This document shows positions 1 through 13,539 of a DNA stretch of 64,000 nt, one piece after another. The stretch comes from Eledone cirrhosa (lineage: Eukaryota), in NCBI GenBank assembly GCA_964016885.1, contig OZ024742.1, forward strand, positions 170,438,001 through 170,502,000, given 5' to 3'. The notes beneath the pieces were generated by a model. That model ran no database searches. It saw only the letters and a program-made list of their open reading frames with translations, and had not been told where the DNA came from. Numbering within the stretch: the stretch's first letter is position 1; the number at the start of each line of letters is the position of its first letter. The translations under genes and the position numbers were made by a program.

Positions 1-238
1 ATTTCCTTCTCTTTTCTGTTAAGGGAGCATAATGTTCTATAGTAAAAAAAAAAAAAAAAAATTTGATGAAGCTTATTTTTCCTAAATAAATAAATATATA
101 TATATGATCTATTGAAATGTTTTTTGTATGTGAAACATCTCTTCTTAATTCCTTATCTTCTTTCTGTATTTTTTGATCGATCACACACTCACTAATTTGT
201 AAGCTCTATCTAAACTTTATTCTGAACATATTTTCCAG

Positions 239-454
239 GTTTCTGAGGTCGATTGCCGGCAAGCCCTGGAAGAGACCAAATGGAACATACAGAGTGCCAT
301 CAAGTATATCAAACTGAAGCAGCTGATTAGTACTGGCTTAGCTGATGTAAATCGCTGCAAAGAGGCTCTCTTAAAATGTAACTGGGATGTAGAACAGGCA
401 GCAGACCATCTTCTTGTTCATCCAAAAGACAGCCCAGAATGTGTTGATGTCTAA
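239..454 (+). CDS. TNK2: Terminal coding exon of an ACK1/TNK2-family non-receptor tyrosine kinase (C-terminal tandem UBA region); upstream exons lie outside the window
   Basis: Acceptor ttttccag|G at 238/239. Translation VSEVDCRQALEETKWNIQSAIKYIKLKQLISTGLADVNRCKEALLKCNWDVEQAADHLLVHPKDSPECVDV* matches the ACK1 C-terminal pattern (V..EECQAAL...W..Q.A..YLK..QL...GL.....C...L....W..EQA..HLL). AATAAA near 482. Paralogue assignment within the Ack family is uncertain. Confidence 0.75.
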   Translation, partial: VSEVDCRQALEETKWNIQSAIKYIKLKQLISTGLADVNRCKEALLKCNWDVEQAADHLLVHPKDSPECVDV

Positions 455-704
455 TCTCACAATTACAAAAACAATATATAAAATAAAATACTCTATTCTG
501 AAACATTCTTAAACTGAATTTGAAAAAAATATATAAAAAAAAATGAGAAATCTCATAAAACAAGTGATCAACTTCTGTGACAATGGTATAAATATAAAGG
601 AAAAAAAATAATCTCTGAACTATTTTTTTTTTAATGCAGACGTTTTATATTGGAATTTCTGCTTCCATTCTTTGCACCCTTTCTGTAATTCTTCCTTTTG
701 AGGT

Positions 705-735
<31 letters not shown>

Positions 736-1235
736 TCCTAAAGGTATGATATGCATTGCAGTTAACCCACCACAGCCCCACCCTTGCAGTAGCTTCTATT
801 GTCTCTATTTTCTAGCTGACTTAACTGGAATAATGAGAAAAACAAAGAAATTCATGTAGATCACCCTTACCCCCAGCCCTTCAGCCTATTGCCATCAATA
901 ATTCGTTTTGAGTTTCTTCAACTCAAACTTGTATAGTCAATTCTCTGAAACTTACCAAATATTCAAATATCGCAAGTAATGCTTTGTCTTTGTGATTTCT
1001 TTTTCTTTGTTTTGAGAGAAGGAGTATATGCATGCATGTGTGTTTGAGTGTGCCTCTGTGTGTTTGAGTGTGCCTCTGTGTGTGTGTATGTTTGTGTGGG
1101 CACGCATGTGGTTGTATGGAATAGATGAAAGTTTGACTGGACAAGCGTAATGCATTTCAAGAATAAAGAGGAAACTAAATTTCTTTATCCTTAAAATAAT
1201 TAATATATACATATACACACATGCACACACACACA

Positions 1236-1279
<44 letters not shown>

Positions 1280-1394
1280 TACATATGATAGCCTGCTCCC
1301 TTGGAAATTAAGTCATTGTTAATGATACTGCCAGCTTTTTTTCTGTTTAAAAAATAATACAAGCATACATTTCTATTTGGACTTTCAAGGCATG

Positions 1395-1437
<43 letters not shown>

Positions 1438-4400
1438 TGTATTAGTAAATTGTAGTTTAATGGCATCACCATTCCAACACACGCACAGGCATAGACATAC
1501 ACAGTCATACTAAGCCAGGCCAGATTAAAACCTTTACAGGCCCTAATCACTGAAAATATAGTACTGGGGGAAAAACTGTATGGGGCCGCTCTAAACTTGA
1601 GGTCCTGAGTACATGCTTATTTTGCTTTCTGGTTAATCCAGGGCTGATACTGTGTGTGTGCAACCTAAATCATTATCTTAGCTTGGTTTATGTTTATGTG
1701 ATGTTTGTTCTTTGGTCAGCTAGTACTTATAGGTGGAAGTGTCTCGAGTACATAATATATTCTATACAACACACCATCTTGCAAGAGTGTGGTTTATTCA
1801 TTATTATTATTATTATGTATACTTCGACACTCAATGTGTCTATTTATTCTTGTCATTCTCTCTCACAGTTTCTGTTTTATTCTGTTAAGTTTTTTTCCTA
1901 CCTGTAAATTGGATTGATGAGTTTACTATTGAATGTTATCAAATTGACTTTAGTTTTTATAGCACAACCCTCCATGTTTGTTCTTGGGTTTTTCAGTTAA
2001 ATGATTGAGGTTACCAAATGTATCTTATCACGTCTTTAAAATTGTTGAATATTATTGGTCTTTATTCTTGAATCAAATACCAGAGTTAATTAAATTCATT
2101 TCCCCTGCCCTGGCCCTCATTCCTTTGTGGCTTGTGCCTATGTCAGAAATTATTATTATTATTATTATTATTAAGGATAGTGGAGGATCAACTTTGTTGT
2201 ATTTGTTCTGGCTTTTTACCTTCTGAGTTCAAATCATGCTGAAGTGAATTTTCTCTTTTTTCATCTTTCCATGGGTTGATAAAATTAAGTACCAGTGAAG
2301 TACTGGAGTCAATATAATTGACTTTCTCATTTCCATAAATTGCCGGGCTTGTGTTTAAATAATAATACATGATTATTAGTGAGGTGATTAGTACTACAGT
2401 GTGGAGCTATGTTTTCAGTATGGTAAGTCGAAGAGACCTTTATTAGTAGTTTGTGGCATTATTTAAAGGGCAGTGGATTGACAGTATCGGTAGAGGATCA
2501 GACACCATGCTTTCCAGCATAGTTATGTCCCTTTACATTCTATGTTCAAATCCTGCCAAGGTTAACTTTGCCTTTCATCCTTACGGGGGTCGGGTTGATA
2601 AAATAATGCACTGGGATAATTGCTGGCCTTGTGCCAAAAGTAGAAACAATTATTTAAAAGTGTCTGTGGGAATGGTAAAAATAAACTATCCCCATCCATT
2701 ACTAATCTGAAGTATCTCTTCTTCCTTATTTTATGTGTAATAATAGAAATAATTTCTTTATTAACCACAGTTCACATGAAGAAAACATTAAGAACAGCTC
2801 AGGACAATTGTAGTGTGGGGGGTTTTTATTTGTGTAAAAATATAACAAAAATAGAATATAAAAGGGGGAAATTTCTGAGCGCACAAAAAGCCTTGGTCAC
2901 CTTGAATGCTAGAGCAAATGACCCAACCCAGTTGTCCTCCAATCTATCAGCATATATTCAGAGCAGGTCTATTCACTTGGATAATGTTTGCTACTCTTAT
3001 CCACCTTTCATAATAGGAATAATGATAATAATAGTAGTAGCAATGAGGGTAGTTATGAATACTTTTTGTAATTTCTCAGTATTTTTCTATTATGTTTGCT
3101 GCTGGCTGAAACACTGACACATTTCATGTTAACCCTTCTGTTACCATATTTCTAATGAAAGACACTGCATATGATTTTCAAACCATTTTGAAAATAGAGA
3201 ATTTAGGCATGATTTAGAAATATAACCAACTTTCTCATTAACCTGGTGCTTAGAACATACTTTAACAAAAGCTCCTACATAAAATTATAATATGAAGATT
3301 TTAGATAAATATAAATACTTTGAAATAAAGAAATAGCTTAGTGTCATTGAACCAATAGTAGTTTGGTACCAAAAAGCGTTAAAAGTAAGGCAAAGGTTTA
3401 GACATATTTCAGATATGTCTGACTGTTCTGCAGCTAGGTTGGCTTGTACTACCACCACCAGCATCATCATTATCATCATACATTTTAGTCATTGATAGTT
3501 GAGGGCTTTCCAATTTGTACAGGTTAATGAGAGCTAGGAGAAGGCAGGTATAACGGGACCATTTCTTTGCCTTTTTCTGTTTAAAATATATAACTAATTT
3601 CAGGACTGCATTAAATTTTTTTCTTAAAATTTCACTAAACTGACAACCCAAATACTTATTTGTTAAACAATTTTTTTTTTTTATTCTTATTTAGCTGGTC
3701 TTAGTGGTGTTTGGATTGTCTCCCTTACTCTAGTGACCTCTTCTTTGTTTACAAAATTCAAATCAAAATCCCTTAAGTGATCTCCTCCACTGCTACTAAT
3801 GAACAAATATTTGTTCTTGTTTATCTTAATTTATTCAATTTATTTTATTGGCAAACATGTGTAATTGTAGTAAGGGCAGCATGGTTGGTTGCCATGTCAT
3901 TGTAAGCCAATAGCTTTATTGAATTTTGGAGAGACGTTTCACCAAATAAAACCTCATACATCTACTGTAATTGCAGCTCATTCTGTTATTAGATTAACAC
4001 ATAATTCTTTAACCCACAACTCATTCTTTCAGTTTGTGTTTTAATGTGTAAACATTATTACACTATTTTCCCATAAAATAAAATAGAATGAAAAACAAAG
4101 AAAGAATTGTTTTATGAAGCATTGAGCAAATTTTGATATAAATTTTTTTTAGCTTATTGTAAGCTGATATAACACAGATTTAACTATAAAATAATCAAAC
4201 AAGTTGGGCACTTAAACCCCCAGAATCGCCTAAGGAATGATAATGGTAGCACATCTGTTTGTCATATTTTTTTCATCTCCAGGAGCTTATGTGCCCAACT
4301 TGTCGAAGTATATTTTAGTTATCCCAGCATTGTAGCAACTTAGAATAAGCTAACATACTTTCCAAATTAAAATAAAAACATTATTGGAAATAGAAATAAC

Positions 4401-4858
4401 TAAAGGTTATATATTTGGGCATGGGTACAACAATAGGTTTTGAAAACCAATTGGACTTTCAAAATTTGAGAAGGTATTTAGTTTTATCATGTCATTACTA
4501 ATCAAATTCTCTTCAAGCATTCAGCCAGTGTCAACTCTTTGGATTTTAACAAAACCACATTTTTCTTTAAGGTGTTTAAACTATTGCAGATGTTTTCGTG
4601 TTTTTTTTTGTGGGGAGGTGAGTAGTTAATTCAAAGATAGAGGATTGGCAGATTCAGTGAGTAACTGGACATAATATTTTGTTGTGTGGTTATGTTTCTT
4701 TGTGTTATGAGTTCAAATCTTGCTGGGTTTGTTTTGTTTCATCGTTCCAGAATTGATAAAATTACTAGTCAAGTGCTGAGGTGATTGGTTGCCTCTCCCT
4801 CATCCTCAAGAAATTAGAGGGTTTGTGCCCATGTTAGTAACCATTATTATTATTAAAT

Positions 4859-5052
4859 GGCGGTGGATTGGCAGTATTGGTGGAGGGTCGGACGCCATGC
4901 ATTGACGTATAGTTACGGACCTTGCCATTCTGAGCTCAAACCTCGCCGAGGTTAACTTTGCCTTTCATCCTTACGGGGTCGATAAAATAAAGTACCAGAT
5001 TACACTGGGTAATTGCTGGCCTTGTGCCAAAAGTAGAAACAATTATTATTAT
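4859..5052 (+). mobile_element. tRNA-derived SINE with Nin/Deu-like core (representative copy of the most abundant family in the window)
   Basis: A-box-like ggcggtggattggcagtat, B-box-like gttcaaatcc, core gcctttcatccttacggggtcgataaa, (ATT)n tail. Further copies near 2470-2650, 5510-5700, 7330-7530, 15900-16110 and 18950-19170. Confidence 0.85.
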
Positions 5053-8000
5053 TAAAGGGTGGTTGATTGGCAGAATTGTTTGTTGGACTAAATGCTTTGC
5101 TGCCTTTAGCAATGGCTCGTTATGTTCTGAATTTAAATTCTGACGAGGTCAACTTTGCTTTTAATTCTTCTGTTTTTAATTCTTCTGTGTTTGACAAAAT
5201 AAAGTACTAGTTAAAAACTGAGGGTTGATATAATTGACTTTCCTCTTCCCCAAAATTGTTGGCTTTATGTCAATGTTAGGATAAAAGATCATTAGATGGT
5301 GGCGGAGTGACAGAATTGTTAGGGGCATCTGACTAAATTCTTCACATTTAGTTAAAGCTATTTGTGTTCTGGGTTCAAATTCCTCCAAGGTTGGCTTTGT
5401 CTTTCCTCCTTAAGAGTGTATAGAATAAAGTACCAGTAATGTACATAGGTTGATTTAATTGCCTAACCTTTCCTCAACATTGTCGGCTATGTGTCTAAAT
5501 TAGAAACCAGCGGTGGATTGGCAGTATCGGTAGTGTCGGACACCATGCTTTCTAGCATAGTTACGTCCCTTTACGATCTGAGTTCAAATCCCGTCGAGGT
5601 TGACTTTGCCTTTCATCCTTACGGGGTCGATAAAATAAAGTACCAGTAATGCACTGGGTAATTGCTGGCCTTGTGCCTAAAGTAGAAACAATTATTATTA
5701 TTGTGAAGTGGCATAGAGGGTTGACTGGTGGATTATTTTGCAATGCAGTACTTAGTTTCGTCCTTTCTAAGTAATGTGTTGTTGAAATGTCACTAAGGTC
5801 AAATTTGTCCTTCACCTTTAAGAGACTCAATAAAAAAAAAAAAGCAACAACATACAAATTGTGGATTTTGTGGTGATTAAATATATATAGCATATTCACA
5901 TATATGTGCGTACGTATATATATATATAGTTTACATCAAATTCTTGACACTTAGTGGGTTAAACCTTGTAGGTTTTAATTCATCTTAATTCCAGACCTTC
6001 GGAGTGCATTTCAGAAACATGATATTCACATTTACTGCCTAAACAGAGAAATAAGTTAAGATATGTTGTGTTCATATTTATCACAACTTGTCTATTTATG
6101 GCAAGGCAGTATTGAATATTTAATTAAATTTATAAACTAAAGCAAAACATGTATGCATTAGTGTATTCATTCATGCATGTACATGTATGTCTGTTATATA
6201 TATATATGTTGTCTGTATATATACATATATAGTGTGTGTTTGTAGAAATGATGAGTGGAATTTAAAATTTGTGAGGAAGTGAGAAGCTTTTTCGGATATT
6301 TTTACTGTAGAAAAATAGTCTAAATAATGGCATATAAGCCCCTTTTAATTGAAAAAAAATGGACTTTAGCGCCTTTACTGTTACATGAAAGTGTGGATCA
6401 AGTTCTGCAGGTGGTAAAGTGCATTTTTTTCCCCATTAAGCAGCCCTATTATTTAGACTATTTTTCTATAGTAAAAAATATTTGAGGAAGCTTCTTTCTC
6501 ATAAATTTCATCTATCCATATATATATATATATATATGGTGATGACATATATACATATATACAAATGTGAGAATCCCAGGTGCAGAAAATAAGTATAAAC
6601 AGTCAATCACTGTAGATAATAGCTGGGAAAAATCAAGTAAAATGCTCTTAAAGATGGAAAATAGCAGCCAGAGGTGCCTATGAGAAATCTAACCCTGTAC
6701 CTCACAAATACAGTGTGTGTGTTACCTTTACACTAGGTGGTGGCACTTTTTCCCCATCTATTTTATATACAGTTTGAAGCTAGTGCATAGCTGGATGTAA
6801 ATAAACCTTTTGAATTATGGAAGCGCTGGGAGATTTGAAATTGGAGAATGTGAGAATCCTAAACACAGAAACTAACTGCAGTAATAGTAGATCTTTATCG
6901 ATACATCTGCTCTGCGAGATGATTGAATTTAAGTGCAATTGCTTCTATAATATCTAATCAATTTTTTTGATGTCTTGATAGGTATGTTTGAATAGAAACC
7001 GAACAAAACCAGTTTTGCTTCTCTGAAACCCCTTGAGATGATTTTTTTTTTTTCTGGATTTACTGAGGAAAAAAATGACAGTTTTAGCTGAAACTGTCTG
7101 AATTGTCTGAAAAATATCCTTATTTATTTTATTATATACAGTGTACAGTGTTTTGTTGTCAAACAATACCATCTCCTCTTTTATCCACATCATATTACTT
7201 TTACTGCTTTGTCATTTTTTCTTTCCTTTTTTCTGGAAAAATCAATTTAGCAGCCATGTGTGGTCATCTATTTAATCTTCATGTTCCATAGCTGGCCCAA
7301 GATTTCATCTTATTATTATTATTATTATTAGGGCGGTGAATTGGCAGTATTGGTAAAGTGTCAGACAATATGCTTTGCAGCATATAGTTACGGCACTTTA
7401 TGTTCTGAATTCAAATCCAGCCGAGGTTAGCTTTGCCTTTCATCCTTACGAGGTCGATAAAATAAAGTACCAGTAATGCACTAGAGTTGATTTAATCGAC
7501 TTTCCCTTCCCCCCAAATCATTATTATTATTATTTTTAATTCAATAAGTGACCAAACCTTTTTTTTTTCTTTTTGGATTGGACCAAATAGTTTGATGTGT
7601 TTCAAAAATCAGAGATACCTTAAATACCAAACTTATACTCCCCCACTTTTCCATATTATATAAATCGGCAGATGATATCCGTGCATGTTCTGCCATATTC
7701 CGAGAAAATGAAAAAGAAACTACAAATGAACAATTCAAAAAAAGAAAGAAAAATGAAACAGCAACAGCAATATAAATTACTGCTAGAATTAAACTGTTCC
7801 ATGTAGGACTGCTACATTTAACAATAGCACTACTGCTACTATGACACTATTCTAGCAGTGTATGCATGATGCCTACCCCCTACCCTCCCCAAATTAATCT
7901 TTAATAATAATTTCTTATAATAAAATGTTTTTTTCGGGAACGTAGAGGAAAATCCTCCGGAAAGATAAAAAACAACACAACAAAACAGTCTAAAATAAAT

Positions 8001-8639
8001 AAAAATGTTGAATTAAAAAAAAATGTGGAGGAAAAGGCTTTAAAAAAAATGACAAAAATGAAAACAAAAAAAAACTAAGACAAGCAGTTTTTTTTCCATA
8101 AATAAAGAGAAAATTATAATATTTCTATTGTGTTGCTTCTCTTTTAGCCCAGTTTTCTCTTTCTTTGCTTATTGCTATTTGTTTTGTTTTTTACAACTTT
8201 ATTCCATTATTAACATAATTTAACAACTGTTTTATCTGATAGTAAGGTTTAGCTTGGTCATCATAGACCAAGTCAGTACTTACTCTTGAGTCTCGAATAA
8301 TTATGTCCATCCCTCCTTCCCCATTTATTAATTTTTCAGATTTTTTCCACCCACCCTCCTCTCATTAAATTTTGTTAATCTATCTTCAGCAAAATTTTAT
8401 TTTAAGTGGTAGCATTCTTGCGACAATTTTCTTCATATATTAAAAAACATGACAAAAAAAGAACATTACTAAAATTTTGAAAAAAATCAAAGCGATGAAG
8501 ACAACCTAAAAATTACCAAGTTTTAAGAAAATATTAGTCATGAAAATTGTTTGTGACCCTTGATTTAACATCTGTTCCGCCTAATAGCAAGGGTTGTAAG
8601 GATCATTATAGATCAAGTCAATACTTAGTTTGAGCTACT

Positions 8640-10300
8640 GACCTCTCACACAGGCTAGATCTTCCATACTCTACAGGGTGTGTCTTATGACAGTGTCACT
8701 AAGAATGTTATGTCTGACACAAGTTTTCAAACCCTTGTTCAACAGTTGTACCACAACCAAAAGCCCTTCTTATCAGCAATCACACTACAGAGTGTACTGG
8801 GTGTGTTTAATTATCATCATCAACACCAGAGAAATTGCCATGCTGTTCATACAACTGAAGGAAGGTGGTTTTTTAATGATAAAAATTTCAGTGCTAACTT
8901 TATTAGCTTGGTATGTATGTCAATGTGATAGGGTGTTTGACTTACAAGTGTTAGGTCATGAATTCATTTCAGTTGGGTTGTGTGGCAGCCACCCATTCCA
9001 CAAAAGTGTTTACCAACTTGCCTTCTCAGATCCCTAAAGTTATCCTTAAATTTGATCTCAAGAATGCTTTTAACTCCATCAGTCATGATGTCATCTTTAG
9101 TACTGTAAAGGAGAGAGCCCCACAGCTCTATTACTTCACTTGGCATGTTATTGGGAGCCTTCCTGTGACTCCTTTGGTGTCCAATTCATTATATCCACTT
9201 CAGGAGTCCAACAAAGTGACTCACACAGACCTGCTCAATTTGTACTGGCATAACTGATTGAGGATGACTTGGATTTGAATGTCTGGTATCTTGATGCTTG
9301 ATTGTGCTGTCTTCCATATAAGGTATTTGCAACTACAAAGATGATGAACTTTGACGACTTAATCTTTGGCATACCTGATTGCTTCATCAATGTCAGACTT
9401 TCCAGAGTCCCGTGACCAGTCTGTGTTGCCCAAATGATTTGGGGACCAAGGTCTGCTTAAATGCTCTTCCCTGCTTTCTTTCCTCCATCTCTGCTTGCTC
9501 CCTTTGGTAAGTAACATACTCTCTTCTCTAACATGGACTAATTCCAACAGGGAAATGGCTAAAGCTCTACTATAGTGGCAGGAGCTGGGTTTGTCAGTTC
9601 TTGATACAGAGAGTCTGGGACAATTTACATTTGAGAGAGACTTTCAACTCTCTGATCAATTTTCAAGGTACTGCCTACTTTCTGCAAGTGCATAATTCTC
9701 AGGGGTCTAGATATATGTTCTGCTTGTAGCCAACATTGGTGGCCTACTTAGTCTGAATGAGCTCCACATCTCCATTGCACTCAGAGTGGGGGACTGAAAT
9801 ATTGTGGTAGACCCCTCGACTTCACAGATCTCCGTGGTCTGTTTTGCTACCTGAGTTAAATTTAATTATTAAGTGGGCCCTGGCTTGGGTAAATATCCTT
9901 TCAATTCTGGAGATGGCTGAATTGTCAAGAATTGATGGGATGAGACCAGAGGTCTTACTTACCCTTTGCCCCTAGGTAAGAGGTAGATGTCTCAATTGGG
10001 GTGCCACAGTCAGTGGCTCATTTGCTCTTTCCCACATCCTGGATGCTGCGGTAAATGTGAGGGTCCCTGCTTCGATAGTCAAATGGAAAAAAATTCTAAA
10101 ATACCAAGAATTATTGGCAAACTATTTTTTTCCAGCCTGTGGTGTTTTAGACATTTGGAGAAACTGGACTGCTGGCAACAAAGTTCTTGTCATCATTGGC
10201 AACTCGTCTCACCGAGGTATCTGCTGATGCCCATGAGGGTGTTTAGTTGTTCCACAGTACCTTAGCCTTTTTTCATGCATGGTATTATTGTGTGTTGGCT
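8640..10300 (+). mobile_element. Highly degenerate CRE-clade non-LTR retrotransposon (RT + REL endonuclease remnants)
   Basis: Fragments LKFDLKNAFNSI, SGVQQSD, LNVWYLDA, and DGMRPE..WGATV (cf. DGKRPDG..WDAT) in collinear order; many stops and frameshifts. Confidence 0.7.
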
Positions 10301-10539
10301 TGTCTCAAAAAGTATTAGAGGGAAACTCCAGCACCCTTTGTGTGTGATTGAATGACACATTGTAACATCAGGGCTGATATAAACATTTTGCATAACAATA
10401 ACACCAATGACAAACAGATGTTGGTGTTAGTACACACTTTTAACACTGAATATCTAATTCACATAAACACATAGTGCTCAAATAGATGCCACCTATAGTA
10501 AAAATAAAACGTACATTGAAGCTTCTAACTCTCGGTTAA

Positions 10540-11370
10540 TCTATATATATAAAACTGAGGATGTCTGTGTGTGAGTTTGAATCCCTAAAACTCGAGAATC
10601 ACCCAACCGACTGTTTTCAAACTTTACACATGTAATACTTATGTTTCAGGGAGTGTTCTAAGCAAAAAAATGTTCAAATTTTCAATGCCCTAGGGACCAC
10701 ATTAGGCGATTTAGCGATCTCACTCTATAATGCTTAGTCTTTCTCTTTTTAGATAGATACGTACATCTGACTGTCTGCATTACGTCACTTCCCTGAGGAT
10801 GTCTGTCTGAGTTTGAATCCCGAAAACTCGAGAAGTACCCAACCAATTTTTTTCAAACTTTACATGTGTATTACTTATGTTTCAGGGAGTGTTATGTAGG
10901 GCCTGCATTAGGTGAAAAACTGCGTTTTTTCAGGTTTTTATGGTGTTTTTTGAGGCGTTACGTCAGACGGATTTCCTTGAAATTGTAACTATGTATTAGT
11001 TAGTTTCTTCTTCATATCGTGAGCAAAGAAAATCCAACTTTTTTAAGGCCTAGGACCCACATTAGGTGAAAAACTTCATTTTTTCAGCTTTTTAGACCCT
11101 TTTGGAGGCGTTTTGTCTAGCCGATTTTCCCGAAATTTCAAAGCATATTATGCACAAAAAAAAATTCATTTTCTTGATCCCCTAGGTGAAAACCTGCATT
11201 TTTCCTGCTTCATCGAGGAACATCTTTAGGAAAAGATTATCCAGCCATCAGATTATTCAGTTTATTTTCTTTACATATTGTCCAGGCATGCAGTTTTTCC
11301 ACAATTAGGTCTGTTGGCGGCTCACCTTCCAAAATACCTTATCCCGTGCAATGCCGGGTACCACTGCTAG
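10540..11370 (+). mobile_element. Non-autonomous Helitron
   Basis: A|TC 5' end (tctatatatataaaactgagg), 3' GC hairpin cccgtgcaatgccggg followed by CTAG|T; same family as 50166-51256. Confidence 0.88.
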
Positions 11371-11599
11371 TTTTTAATAAATAGATATTGTTATATCTTG
11401 CGAGGGTCATCTGCTAATAAAAACACACATACCAGTTGAGCTTATCATTAGTTAAATTAGTAGCCTGGAGGGGTTTCTAAACTAACCAACGAATGGATTA
11501 ATGTCAACTAATAATAAACTTAAATAAAACTCAACTGGTGCATGTGTTTTTAATGGCAACACGACTCTCACAAATTATAACAGTGTGTTTGTGTATATG

Positions 11600-11852
11600 A
11601 TGTATGTGTAGGTGTCACAACAAGAGCACCCAGTCCACACTGTAAAGTGGTCGTGTACGTATCGTGACAAAAAGCACCCAGTACTCACTCTAAATGAGGT
11701 TGGCACTAGGAAGGGCATCCAACTAGAAACCAATCGAAAATCAGTTCTGTATGAGCAAGACATGGTCACCTGACCTGGCATTGCTCACAATAGGATAACT
11801 TGTCTAACCCATGCTAGCGTGGAAAAATGGACGTTATACGGTGATGATGATG
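11600..11852 (+). mobile_element. RTE-associated SINE / RTE 3' tail fragment
   Basis: cacccagt..actgtaaagtgg..ggaagggcatcc..ggacgtt..(gat)n; shared with 20980-21313, 24900-25190 and the minus-strand copy at 30920-31370. Confidence 0.7.
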
Positions 11853-12659
11853 TTTATATTATACTTCGTAAATTAATAGTTTGACAAAAAGGGATCGATA
11901 AAATAAATACCAGGCTTAAATGGACACAGCATGATTGTATGTTTATTAGGTTTATAATCATTAGATCCTTAGTTAGAACACACTGTGTGACATTTATCAT
12001 AGCCTAGTGTCTTGTCTGTCAAACTGGGTAGATGGAGACTGAAAGCCTGTTAGATAAACAGTACTGCTAATTCAAAAGGTCAGCTTTGTCACAAAATGTG
12101 CCATGTTGAATCTTCTTCAGAATTACGTTATGGGTACACGTGTTCAGAATGCTCAGCCTCTTACACGTTAATTTAATGAACTGGCAGTTCCATTGATTCA
12201 ACAACTGGGACACTCATTATGGAACTGAAAATAATAAGAACTGAGGTTGATATGATCGATTAAATAAAAGTGGTACCCCAGTATCGCTGCAGTCTAATGC
12301 CTGAAACCAGTAAAAGACTAAAAGAATTTGGCCTGCTTTCGCACGTGACATATGACTGTCATTTTCACACAATTTTACTTTTAATTCAAAATACCAGGCT
12401 TTCAACAACCATTTTCTTTTCATGCCGTTTACCTTAGTCTCACAGGCTGCTGTTTTTCTCTGCAGAATTGGAAGGACTGCATCATGCATGAGGTGGAATG
12501 ACTGATGCAACGGGCGTCGCAGGCTGTTCTCTACGGTAATGCCTTTACCATCTTGTCCGTGGGGAGCAGCTGGGACATTGTGTAGAGTTTGTATGCTTCG
12601 TATTTAATAAAAAAATATTCCTTTTTGTTTATTATCTGTTCAAATATATAAAATTACTA

Positions 12660-12870
12660 AATAATGTTTGGACCACCCGCGTCATCTTATGGGCTCCACG
12701 AGGTCACACAAGAAACTGAAGTCGCCAGAAGAACAGGTTGTGTGACCACATCGAGAATATTGAAAAGATGTGGCTACGAATGGTTCGATCAGCAAAGATG
12801 GCGTAGCTCGGGTAACGCTTACGTTCAACAACAGACTTTCCAGACTGAAAATGAAATGATGATGATGAAA
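12660..12870 (+). mobile_element. RTE-type LINE 3' end fragment with (gat)n tail
   Basis: Degenerate RTE C-terminal-like coding ending in QQRWRSSGNAYVQQ, followed by a (gat)n tail. Confidence 0.5.
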
Positions 12871-13539
12871 AGAATGTTTATAGGATTTTACCGGATATTG
12901 CAGCATTATAGCATTTCTGGGAACGTTAAAACATTAGAGCGAAAGTGTAACAGGCAGTCACAAATATTTCTAATCACGTGGAAACGACAAAAAAACTAAA
13001 AAAACAAAAACAACTGACAAACGATGTAAGGGAGACAACCATGGTTTGCTCAATGTGAACACTGAGCTGAAAGTCTTTATACGGCCTGCTAGAAATAGTA
13101 GCTAAATTTCTTCTAATGAAAAAGACGGTATGTTCATGGCTGGAACACCCTTTATTTAATGAGAGGAAGTGTTTTACTAAATAAAAACAGTATAATTATT
13201 TTAAATAAAATAGACTGTGTCCTCTGTCCGTTGGTCACTTGAAATTTCGTTTCTTGTATTTAACCGTCACAATTGCTCCTTTCTATTGATGTCAATGAAA
13301 CTTTGTTTCTATGTATATATTATTTTAGTGGTAGAATTAACAGAGTCGTTACAACAGTTATTGCAAACTCCTTTTCTATGACTGCGGCAGAATAATTTTC
13401 GTTACTAATATTTTCCTAAAACTTGATAATTTTTCCTGTTTACAGTACAATTTATTGCGATTTGCCTATGAAATACAATAAGATGGGTGTATGGGGGGGT
13501 GATGGGGGGGGGGGGGGGGGGGGAGGAGGAGGAGAATAA

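Noticed and set aside
1513-1645. hAT-like MITE (caggccagatta ... taatccagggctg)
   Set aside because: TIRs imperfect and no convincing 8-bp TSD; plausible but unsupported
2470-2650. tRNA genes suggested by A/B-box-like motifs
   Set aside because: Heads of SINEs with no cloverleaf; followed by the SINE core and (ATT)n tail
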